DNA from: Eledone cirrhosa
Taxonomy: Eukaryota
Length of the DNA: 64,000 nt
NCBI GenBank assembly: GCA_964016885.1
Contig: OZ024743.1
Span: 28,148,001-28,212,000 of the forward strand
Direction: 5' to 3'
A program made the position numbers and the translations under genes. Positions 12,654-23,914 of this stretch are shown here, piece by piece; position 1 is the first letter of the stretch; each line of letters opens with the position of its first letter. Under the pieces are notes generated by a model. It saw only the letters and a program-made list of their open reading frames with translations. It was not told where the DNA came from and did no database searches.

Positions 12654-12926
12654 ATCTTCCATGATCTTCCACCTGGATACTATAATCTGATCCCTCTTAT
12701 GGGACATTTACCTACAAGGACCATGTTGAGAAAAATACTTTAGTAAGCAATCTTGTTTTATTTTTGTTTTTACACTTATCTACGCAAGCAAACTTTACTC
12801 GTTATTTTTTCATATATATATATATATATATATCCCTACACGCACAAGGCGCTAAGGGACACATGTATTGTCCAACCATATGCCAATGTGGTTCAATGGC
12901 AGGTTAATAAATTAACGAGCCAGAAC

Positions 12927-13350
12927 ATATATAATCAAGGTTTAGCAAATAAGAAAAAGTTTCAAAATAAATTTTAAAAAATTAACTTTACTTACTATAG
13001 TTACCTTTACCGAATCGGTTTCGAGTCTCAAAAATAAACGGAGTCCATACGGCATCCGTTGCAAAGAAAAACTCTCCTCAGAAGGACCTTTTCATTCGAA
13101 GAATATAAAATTCCCGAATTCAAATTACGAACTGGCGCTATTCAAAATTGTTCCCGAGATGAGAGTAAATGAAGTGGAATCAATTTTTTCAAGGGCCGAG
13201 TGTAAAGATAGAGGCGGAGGCAGGGAGGTCAGTCGGCTACCGCTATAACTAGACTCGAAACCGATTCGGTAAAGGTAACTATAGTAAGTAAAGTTAATTT
13301 TTTATAATTTATTTTGAAACTTTTTCTTATTTGCTAAACCTTGATTATAT
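12927..13350. mobile_element. Fold-back element with ~100-bp inverted arms (inverted pLTR-like), carrying an HHR
   Basis: 12927-13028 is the reverse complement of 13251-13350. TA tracts flank it. Confidence 0.8.
13004..13085 (-). ncRNA. Type I hammerhead ribozyme with extended stem II
   Basis: Sense sequence CCUU CUGAGGA GAGUUU...AACGGA/UCCGUU...AGACUC GAAA CCG-AUU-CGG UA AAGG. Core intact, GUA cleavage triplet. Confidence 0.8.
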
Positions 13351-14099
13351 ATATATATATACAAATGAAAAAAAAAATATATATATATATATATATATGA
13401 AAAAATAACGAGTAAAGTTTGTTTGTGTAGATAAGAGTACAAACAAAAATAAAACTAGATTGCTTACCAAAGTATTTTTTTCAGCATGGTCCTTTTTAAA
13501 CAAGGGCGGTACCCCAGCATGGCCTCAATCGGATGGCTGGAACAGGTAAATGAGTATTTAATTTTATTTATTTATTCATTTAATTAATTTAAACGTCCGG
13601 ATAGAGTTAGTAAGCCATTACATATTATGGGAAGTATCTAGAACTTCTTACAATATATGTATTGTACTTAAAAGTATTAAAGTAAATAATGCACAAAAGC
13701 CAATATTTCGTTGTAACTTTGTATTGTTCTCCAGGCATGGAAGGAAAATTGCCACTTAAATATAAGAGATATATTGACCTCGAAAGGATGAAAGACAGAG
13801 TTGAACTCAACATACTCATGCTTACATTAGCAAAAAAATAAATAAAGGGTGGTATTCCTGCTTGTAATGAACATATTCATGCGCACGCATGCCCCCCCCC
13901 CCACACACACACACTCACTCACACATACATATATATTGAACTGAGAAGACTGATGAACCCTTATACGTTGATACGCCGGAAGAGTCTGTTATATATATAT
14001 ATATATATATATATAGTGAAAAATGGAACGGAAACAAAACAGAGAGGCAGTACGAACAAAGATTTAATAGTTTCACGCTCTTGAGAGTGGGGGGAGGGG

Positions 14100-14133
14100 A
14101 ACGACGTTTCGGGCATAAGCCCTTCTTCAGGCG
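14100..14133 (-). ncRNA. Minimal hammerhead-like motif (Penelope pLTR type)
   Basis: Sense sequence CUGAAGA A GGGC-UUAU-GCCC GAAA CGUC. Stem I is weak. It lies in a ~205-bp insert between TA tracts (14015-14222). Confidence 0.6.
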
Positions 14134-14219
14134 AAAAGTGGGTGGGAAGAGAGTATCGAGGGTGTGTAGGAGAGTGGTGGAGAGATATTTAGAAAAAAAG
14201 GGGGGGTGGAAGGGGTATC

Positions 14220-14269
<50 letters not shown>

Positions 14270-14502
14270 ATACTTGGGGAGGGTCATATTTGCGTAATAT
14301 TGCCAGAATTAATAACAGAACACACTCACTGTTTGGTTGGTTTTCGCTTCTCGCTGTCTTTTATTATATCTGCGATCTAACTTACTCGGTCCTCAATGTT
14401 GCCATTGACTGACCGGCGGTCAAAAATAATACAGATACAATATAGACACACGATTTCATATAAAAAACCTCGCAAAACTAATATATATATATATATATAT
14501 AT

Positions 14503-15181
14503 ATAAGAGAGTATTGAAGTTTGCTTGAAGCATTGCGGAATAATAGGTAAATATCTTTAAGTCGTTTGGAAGCCTCGACAATGCAAATGGGTAAATCTCC
14601 GCGTAACAAGATCCGGTGGTGGAGAGAGAGATGTAAGTGGGTGTACGTTGAGATGCGTGGTGTGTATAAGACGTGTAGAAGAATGAAGGAAAGAGTATAA
14701 AGGATAAAATAAAAATAAGAACACGAGAGAGAGTTACCTTGGGAGAGATTTAATTGTCCCTATATATTTCGGATTCACATCCATCAATTGGGGTTTTTTC
14801 CGGGGTGGGGGAAAGGTTGTCTGTCGGAACACAGACAAACGCTGTTTGTTGTTTTGAATATTCAAAACAACAAACAGCGGAGGACGCGTTGCGCACCTTT
14901 CCGACAGACAACCTTTCCCCCACCCCGGAAAAAAACCCCAGTTGATGGATGTGAATCCGAAATATATAGGGACAATTAAATCTCTCCCAAGGTAACTCTC
15001 TCTCGTGTTCTTATTTTTATTTTATCCTTTATACTCTTTCCTCCATTCTTCTACACGTCTTATACACACCACGCATCTCAACGTACACCCACTTACATCT
15101 CTCTCTCCACCACCGGATCTTGTTACCCGGAGATTTACTCATTTGCATTGTCGAGGCTTCCAACCGACTTAAAGATATTTA

Positions 15182-15183
<2 letters not shown>
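14503..15183. mobile_element. Palindromic element (~284-bp inverted arms plus a central 20-bp perfect hairpin) between (TA)n tracts
   Basis: 14546-14829 matches the reverse complement of 14898-15183 almost perfectly. The centre is cgctgtttgttgttttgaat|attcaaaacaacaaacagcg. Confidence 0.9.
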
Positions 15184-15245
<62 letters not shown>

Positions 15246-15594
15246 ATATATTTATATATAAAATTGAAAAAGTGGAGAATAACATGGTCAACAGTACATA
15301 AAAGGGGGATTTATTTACAGTCTAACAATTTTTTCTCTGATTAAGTTGTCTAAAAATTGCTGAACACTAGAAGCAGAGTCTTCTTCGTTTCAGTTCACCT
15401 ACAAGGCTGGTTGCCTTGATCTGTTCAAGGAGAGCAAGTTTGCAGACAAGCTAAAACTTATGAAGCTCTCTATTGAGATTTTACCGAGTATCTGTACAAA
15501 CTCTGTCCTTAAATATGCGTCTACTAAGATGATTTTTGGTCTTTGTGGTCCGCGAACACTTCACGCATATACACACACATCTATCTATCTATAC

Positions 15595-17122
15595 GAAGGG
15601 TTCACAGGAGCGAAGCTGAACCGGGACAAATCCGTCGGTTTGCAACTCGCAACGTGGAGAGGCAAACCGATGCCTTCCGATGGCGTCGTCGGACGCTGGA
15701 CGGAAGGACCGGTAAAGCTGCTCGGGGTCTGGTTTGTCCGGACCTCCAAGTGGAGAAGAACTGGAACGAGGTGACGGCCAAGCTGTTTGCGCTCACCCAG
15801 AAGTGGGCCGAGTGCAAACTATCCTTGAAAGGTCGAGCGGAGGTGGCGAATACTTTTATAGCGTCCGTCATCTATTACCCCTTGACTGCCGTGTCTTGTC
15901 CAGCCAAAACGCTCACCAAAATGAAACGCGCGCTCTTCCAATTCCTTTGGAAGAAACGGGCTCCTTTGGAGAGAAGATCCATCTGCCCTTCAAGCGGAGG
16001 GCTGGGGTTGCCGTGGCTGACGATGCGCAAACACGCGCTCAGGCTGCGGCACCTCCACGTATTTCTCACCAGACAACCGGTATAGACCCGTTCGTGAGGC
16101 GAGCCTTCCCACGACTCGTCTCGCTGACCGAGCTGCAGTCCTGGGTCAAGCAAAGACCGAGGAAAATAGGCGACTGGCACATCGAATGTGCTCAGGCGCT
16201 CACAGTCCTCTGGCAAACGGACCCGGCGATCACTGGAGACTCAACTTCGACATCCTATAGAGGGTTGGTCCGCAGCAAGTGCGACGACACACTCGGAGAA
16301 ACTCTGGGCGTAGAGGAGGACGAACTGGCCAGTCTGTTCGGTAGGACCTTCCTCCCGGGACCAATGGACAACTTCCAAAAGTCCCTGGCCTGGCAGTGCT
16401 ACCGAGGAGCTCTACCAGTTCGAGACAAGCTCTACAGACACGGGCGCCCGGGTAGGGACCCTTCGAAAAAGATCTATTCGAGATGCGTGCGCGACGAGGA
16501 AACCATCGCGTACGCATTTGTACACTGCCCGGGCGTTACCAACCTGTGGGGCTATGTAGAACGACTATTGTCGTGGGTGGGACCAATCCCGTTGACCATC
16601 GAGTCCATTGTCATGATCAAACCGCCACCCTCCTTCAAATACGAGGGAGAGGCGGTTTTCCTATGTGTTATGGATATGGTGAAAGAGGTTATATGGTGGA
16701 CGAGGTTAAAAGGGCTGAGGTCAGAAACCTTTCTCTCCGGCGAGCAACTGATTCGTTTTTTCAAATATTATTTTGGAAGAAGAATCAGGAAGGAGAGAGA
16801 GGTGCTGTACACCAGCAAATTTTATAAAAGGTGGGTGAATGTGGCAAAGATGGCCCGAGTGGTTGGGCCTTCTCTCTATATAAGCCTGTAGGTTGAGGAA
16901 AAAGAGGAAGAGAGGAAGGGAGTACTCACTCTTGGTGCTCCTGGAGATGAGGGTTGTACATTTGTTCGGGGTGTATACAACCCCTGTGTAACACCTCCCC
17001 CTATTGGGGATATCAATTGTTATTTGTTATTTTATTAATAGTTTTATTTTCATATACCTGTATGTAAACTCCCTATTTGTATTTGTCCATTTCTTTTGTG
17101 CCCTTGTGGCTAATAAAGAAAT
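15595..17122 (+). mobile_element. 5'-truncated Tx1/L1-clade LINE (RT C-terminal region, CCHC finger, 3' UTR)
   Basis: ORFs 15543-16085 and 15734-16891 are frameshifted homologues of the C-terminal half of ORF2 at 28228-31647. It ends in ctaataaagaaat and is flanked by (ATCT)n. Confidence 0.9.
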
Positions 17123-17331
17123 TTATCTATCTATTACCTTTTAAAATAGATTTGTATATACCAATACACATAGAAGCTATGGTACCTTTGCGAAGTTTTA
17201 GAAATAAGTTTTACACTTATTTTCAATTTTAACATGAACTATAGAAGTTATCTATAGCCGCGAGTTATCTATAAAATGAAGTTTATTTCAATATACAGTA
17301 TTATGTACATATATCTATAGAATAATGTTGA

Positions 17332-17384
<53 letters not shown>

Positions 17385-17855
17385 CATATATACACACATA
17401 TATATATATAATTCAATATTACAAAAATTTCAAGGATATGAAATTATATTTATTCTTTCAATTTTCTACGCATCTGACCAAAGAAAATAGTGAAGTACTA
17501 CACTATAATCACATAGTATATACAAACGTCTGCTATAGCCTACGAACACTAACACGTGGACAATTTCGCTATTTCAAATTCACATCTTCGAGTTACTTCC
17601 CTTTGTTATTATACGTTTTTCGTAAACTAGCGTTTTTAGCACGCTTTACTTTTAAAAGTATCTTATGAACTCGTATAAGCCTCTGAAGATTAGGTCACAA
17701 TTTTCATCTCTCTTACAGTCTGGAGATATGCTAACTATTGCGGCCTGGAACCTGATGTAGTGCCCAATTGCCTATTGTCTATTGATTAAAGGGCCGCAAC
17801 TCTATGTCACAAAGCAGGTTGTTCAATAATATTTTTTTCTAGTTCAGGGTTGTTC

Positions 17856-17897
<42 letters not shown>

Positions 17898-17899
<2 letters not shown>

Positions 17900-20800
17900 T
17901 TTCTTTATTGGCCACAAGGGCTGACATCAAGGAAAACATTACAGACGGCACAGGACGGTACAGGACAGTACAGGACGGTCCGATGTGGGTTTTGTACGTG
18001 TAAATATTTTTATTATTTATATAAGAAAAGAAAAAAAAAGGACATAGAAACATATATATATATATATAAACAATAAAAATGAAAATTGAAACAATGAAAA
18101 ATTCCCCAATAGGGCGGAAACCTCCGAGGGTTACTCGTGGCGTGGCGAAAACCACACAAAAGACCACGGCAAACCTGCCCACCAGGGCAAGCGCCCTCTC
18201 TCAATTTTTCCATCTCTCAAACTACAGACGTATATTCAGAGTGGTCCCGTTCACTCGGACCATTCTCGCTACATTCACCCACCTTTCAACAAACTTGCTA
18301 GAAGGCAGCACTTGCCTCTCCAGCCTGATTTTCCTCTTCAAGTGAAACTTGAATAAGTTGATTAGGGATTCGCCGAAGAGGAAAGTATCTGTCTTTAACC
18401 CTTTTAACATTGTCCACCACACAATCTCTTTCGTCATGGCCACCAGGCAGATGAAAACCGCCTGCCCTTCCTCCTCGAAGGAAGACGGGGAGACCATCTG
18501 CACAATGGACTCAGTCGACAACCGGATCAGTCCCACCCGCGACAGCAACTTTTCGACATAGCTCCACAAGTCAGCAATGCTCGGGCACTGAAGGAGTGCG
18601 TGCACGACTGTTTCGTCGCTCTGCGCGCATCTCGGACAGGCTCGGCTGACGGCACTTCCGTGCCTGTAGAGCTTATCTCGAACCGGCAGCGCTCCCTGGT
18701 AGCACTGCCAGACCAGGGATATTTGGAAGTTATCCATAGGCCCCGGGCTGAAAGTTCTCCGGAAGAGAGCAAACAGCTGATCTTCTTCGACGCCCAGGAG
18801 CTCTCCGAGAGCTAGTCCTCTATAGAACGCCGAGGTGGATGTTCCACCGATACTGCTGCCTAGCTGGCAGAGGGCAGTGAGCGCCTGGAGACATTCCAGT
18901 TTCCAAGCGCTATCCCTCGGTCTTTTTCTGACCCAGGACTGCAGCTCCGTCAAGGAGACGAGCTGTGAGAAAACGTGCCTGGCGAACGGCGACCACACCT
19001 GTTCACCATCAAGGAAGCACAAGACATGTCGTAGCCTCAGCGCATGTTTGCGCATCATCAGCCATAGAATGCCCAGTCCTCCACGCAAGGGGTGTTGACA
19101 GCAGATGCATCGTCTGACCATGGAAGCGCGTCCCTTCCACAAAAAGCAGAAGAGGAGGCGCTCCATTTTGGTGAGAGTTGGGCTGGAGCAAGGGACGACG
19201 GTGAGGCGGTAGCAGATGACGGATGCGATGTACGCATTCACCACTTCCGCCTGGCCTTTCAGGGACAGCTTCCTCTCAGCCTATTTCTGGAAGAGGGAGG
19301 CCACCCTGCTCGTCACCTCGTTCCAGTTTTTCTCCATCTGGAGGTCCGGTCCGAACCAGACCCCGAGCAATTTAACCGGTCCGTCCGTCTAACGCCCCAC
19401 GACGCTGTCGGACGGCATGGACTTGCCTCTCCAGGTGCCAAGCTGCAAGCCCACCGACTTTTCCTGGTTTATCTTTGCTCCTGTCACCGCTTCGTATTCC
19501 TTGAGAGCGGTGCCGAGAATCTGAACGTGTCTGGTGCTCGACACAACCTCGGTGACATCGTCACCCTAAGCCGACTCGGATTTCCCGCATCCTAGTTCGC
19601 GTGGAACGCCCCTCATCGCCCCCAGTTTGTGCAGTAACGGCTCGAGAGCTAATACGTACAAGAGGGACGAGAGGGGACAACCCTGGCGGACTGAGCGCAT
19701 GATGCTGAACGGCTGCGACAGGTGACCGTTCACCCACACAACTGAGCAGATGTCGCTGTACATTGCTGCGAATCAACCCCTGAAAACGGGCCCGAAACCG
19801 GCTGCCTCGAGGACAGCTGCCAGGTACCGATGGTCGACCCTATAGAATGCTTTGGATTGATCCAAGTTGATCAGGGCCCCACCCTTGCCAGGTTCCTTAA
19901 CCACCCTCTCTATGATGTATCGCATGAGGTGGAGGTTGTCGTGTACGGATCTGTCCGGAATGGCGCATGTCTGCGCCTCTCCCACCAGACCCTTGACGAC
20001 AAGCGCCAACCTCGTTGCTAACACCTTGGCCAAAATCTTGAACTCTGCGTTTAGCAGGGTTATGGGCCTGAAATTATCGATAACATCCCCCTTGTTCGGG
20101 TCTTTTCTCAGCAGCGCCACTGCTCCCCGGCTCACAAAACTGGGAATGCTCCCGTTCTGCTGTCAGTTGCAGTAGACGTCTGTCAAGAGGTCACCGAACA
20201 AGTCTGGAATAAATGCATAAAGCTCGTAGGGCAGACCATCCAAACCTGGCCATTTACCCCTTGTGCAGTTAGCCATCGCTTCCCGTATTTCACCGGCTGT
20301 TATTGGCTTTTCGCAACACTGTGCTGCGGTCGTCGAGAGCCAAGGCAGTCCGTCGACGTATGCACTGAAGTCCATGCTTCGATCCGGGCCGCCGCCGCCG
20401 CTCCCGAACAGTTCAGCAAAGTGCTGCTGAAAAGCTTCACACATCCGCTCGGGTTCGAGCATCACGCACCCGTTTTGGTCGGACAAAGACCGAATTGTGG
20501 CTTTGTTGCCACGTCGCGCCTCTGCCACAAGGGCCCATTGGACGGCTTTTATCCCCTCGTGTTTCAGAGCACGCGTTCTAGCTCTGACAACGCAGCCTTC
20601 GTGTTTTGCGTTGAAGAATTGGTCGAGTGCCAATCTCGCCGCAAGCACGTCGGTTGCGATGCCTGTCCTAAACGCCTCTTCTAGCTTTCTGACTAGCTCT
20701 CCCTCCAATCTATTTTCCTCTATCTACTACTCCTTTGCTAAACCTAATCGACTCTACTTAAATTGACTTTTCAGGGCGAACCACCACCTGTTGTTGACGA

Positions 20801-23580
20801 CCGCTCCCGTCAACGCCCGCTTAACTAATACGCTAATCCGGTCTCTGTAGGTTTGCCCGCCGGGAAAGACGCGTTCATCTTCCAGTAACCAGGCCCTTGT
20901 CTATGAAGTCTGTCTATGTCGATGTCACAGATCACAAATTTGTGGTCTGTGTAGTCGACTATTTTAAATTGTGGACAACTTATACTAGCCTCATCTAGTT
21001 CTCTGCAGAATACCCTATCGAGATACGATCTGGATGACCCGATGCGGTTTGTCCATGTCCACATTGGCACATTCGGGTGATCCAGTCGATACCTGTCAGA
21101 CAATTCAAAACGTCTGAGCCGGTTAGTGAGGCTCTTGCACCCTCCTCCCCTATCCACTAGCCCCACACAATCCCAGCGTGCATCCAATATACCGTTCCAG
21201 TCGCCCACTAATACTAAAGAGCGGGACGTTCCAAGAAAGGTCTCTAGACGTCTGAAGAAATCTGGCCTTCCTGCCCCTGTTGGGGCGTAGACGGCTACTA
21301 GCCTTAAAGCATTGCCTTCGCTGCCGGTCACGTCCAGTACCACCGACTTACCTTCTGGGTCTAGGAAGATGGCCCGTATCGCGAGATCCAAGCCTCTCCG
21401 AAAAAGGACGGCGACCCCTCCCCCCGATCCTGGACGGCTGGGAGATGCGTATACATCGTAGCCGCCGAAGATCGGTGCGAAGGCTTGTGCTTCGGAGATT
21501 CTGGTTTCACTGATGGCCACTACATCTATGTTTAGTGACCTGAGGTCGTTGAGCAGGTAACCCTGCTTCCAAGATGACCCCAGGCCACGTGCATTTATAC
21601 TGCCTATTCTGAGTACGACCATGTTGGATGAGAAACGGGGCAAGTGAGAAAGGGTGACTTACCTTGTTCGTGTGGTGAAGGGACAGTAGAACCGTCCCTT
21701 TCGCCAGTCATGGGTGTTTCCAAGAGGATGTCAGTGTATATCCTCTTGGTAAGCGACCCTCTGAAGTCTCCAACTGCGTTGGGGAATTTTTGTTTTAAAG
21801 GTTTGTACTGTTCTATTGAGATTTCGATGATGCTTATGTTTGTCAGGAGAGTTCTTGGTGTTGGTGGGGTGTAGTAGTTTTTTTCTGTGATGTCTGTGTG
21901 CTGCTTTATATATTGTATGAGTTCTTTTTTTGCCATGTTTATGGCTGTGTACTTTTTGGGGGGAGGGGTGATTTTGTTGCTGTTTTCTTCTTGTTGCTGT
22001 TTGGTGTGTGTGTCTTGTTGTGTTTGCGTTGTTGGTGTTTTTGGTGATGCTGGTGGTGGTGTAGTTGTTGTTGTCAGTGGTGCTTGTGGTGGTGATGGTG
22101 GTGGTGTTACTGCAAGTTTCCTTGCTGCCTTTACCCCTCTTTGTATGCCTTCGCTTTTAGAGGGTGAATCTAAGTTTTTTTTTGATTTTTGTTTTTTGTG
22201 GCAGACCGTTTGCCACTTCACTCCCGCCTCAAACTCCATGTCGGATTCTGTGGCGGCTGGGAGGGGTATGTGCTCCACGGCTGTTGGTGGTGTTAGTGAA
22301 GCCCTCTTCGGCACTTTTGTTGCTGGTGTAGCTTCTTCAAATGTAGCTCTTGGTGTTGCCGCCACTGATGATGCTGCTTTAGTTGTCCGTGGCTTTGGTA
22401 CGGGTGCTATTGACGTTGCCCTCCTACTCACCGTGGAAGGGGCTTCTTCGTTTGTTGCCTGCCCTGCTCTTGGTAGCAGCGGACCAGGTATTGGAAGGAG
22501 AGGGGCCTTCTTCGCTGTCTTCTGCGGGCAAAAGGCCCTGAAGTGACCCTTCGACCCACAGAGATAACATTTTGGCCGTCTTCTTTATACACTTATAGGG
22601 AGTTGGAGTCCTTCCTCGATGTCTATGATATCGGGGATAGCGTCGATACATTCCTGGTCAGTTTGTATAAGCATTTGCATGCCTATACCTGACCAGTTCT
22701 CTCTCCCTATTTTTTCTACTTGCATCATCGTCGTCCTGTTCTCGATTCCAGCAAGGACAGACGCGGCTAGCCAAGGTATGGGCACGTCGGGTGGGACCTG
22801 GGTCACTTTGACCCTCACAATTTTCTGCCCGCAGTAGGAGGGCACCAAGACTATCTCCTCACTCTTTAGGGTTTCCAAAGAGTGAGACGTTGCTTCCTGG
22901 GGGGGGGGGGGGGGGGGGGGCAAAAAGTACTGTGGCGTACTTTCTGCCTCGGGTGATGTGGGTTTTGCGTGCCCAGACTCACCCCAAGGCCTTTTGGATT
23001 TGAGCCTCCGTGGCTCTCTCCACTCGATGTGAGATTTTGCTTACGGTGCGGTAATTCACCGTCCGTAGCTGCTGGTCCAGGAAAAAATCGGGTGGAAGTT
23101 TCAGGGAAACTCTATTTGCGCTTCTTGTCACCATGGCCCTTGCGACTGCCATCTCCTCCTCTGTGACTAACACTGTCACGATATTTCGGGCGACACCTGC
23201 AAAAGAAGTGGTCCCTTTTTCAGCAGCACCACTATTGCTGCCGATACCTGTTTTACTGGTGGTGCTGAGATCGCTATTACAGGTATCGGTGTCATTGTTG
23301 TTGTTTTCGTTGGTACAGTTGTTGGTGGTGTTGTTGTTGTTTTCGTTGATATTGTTGCTGTTGTTACTGTTATTGTGGCTGTTGTTATTATTGTTGTTTT
23401 TGTTGATACTGTTCCTACTATTATTGTTGTTGTGGCTGTTGTTATTTTCATTGTTATTGTCGTTCTCGACCTTACCGCTGTTATTTTTGTTATTGTCGTT
23501 CTCGACCTTACCGCTGTTATTTTTGTTTTTGTCGTTCTCGACTTTACCGCTGTATATTCTATTCAACAGAACTCAGTAAC
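17898..23580 (-). mobile_element. Near full-length decayed Tx1/L1-clade LINE (5' boundary uncertain, possibly to ~23900)
   Basis: Fragmented ORF1 (22979-23566, 22585-22923, 21604-22431) and ORF2 (APE 20825-21643; RT pieces 20163-20708, 19773-20135, 19566-19763; C-terminus 18222-19244). (AAT)n tail at 17856-17897. Confidence 0.92.
18222..21643 (-). pseudogene. Disrupted Tx1 ORF2 (APE endonuclease, RT, zinc finger)
   Basis: Motifs SINARGL, ISET, GDWN, TDH, FRPITLLN, RQGCPLS and CPRC..ET..H...C are split by stops and frameshifts. The YADD-box segment appears partly deleted near 19560-19575. Confidence 0.88.
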
Positions 23581-23914
23581 GACAACGCCATCACTATAGT
23601 CACCGCCGCCACCACTCCATCATTGCTACCACTATACCATCATCACCGCCACCACTCCTTCAGTGCTACCACCACTATTCCCCCACTACCTTCTGTTAAC
23701 TTAAGAAAGGGGAAGGTGGCGGTATCAGTAGACAAGGAGATGTTAGCAAAAGATATAAATAGACTGACTTAGTGACCCGGTCAAACGTCAACGTCTATGG
23801 CACTGCTGGCTCCCCCCTTCCCCACCAACAGTAAAAAAGCCCCAGCACCACCATCGACATAGCCAACAACAACAACAGGAAACTTCAACAAAAAGTATAT
23901 TATATTATTAATAA

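Noticed and set aside
13945-13990. HHR-like ctgatga...gata
   Set aside because: GAAA is missing and the stems are too weak.
17680-17765. ctgaaga followed by a long stem (aggtcacaat/attgcggcct) and ggaa
   Set aside because: Possibly a decayed HHR, but GAAA, helix III and stem I cannot be assigned.
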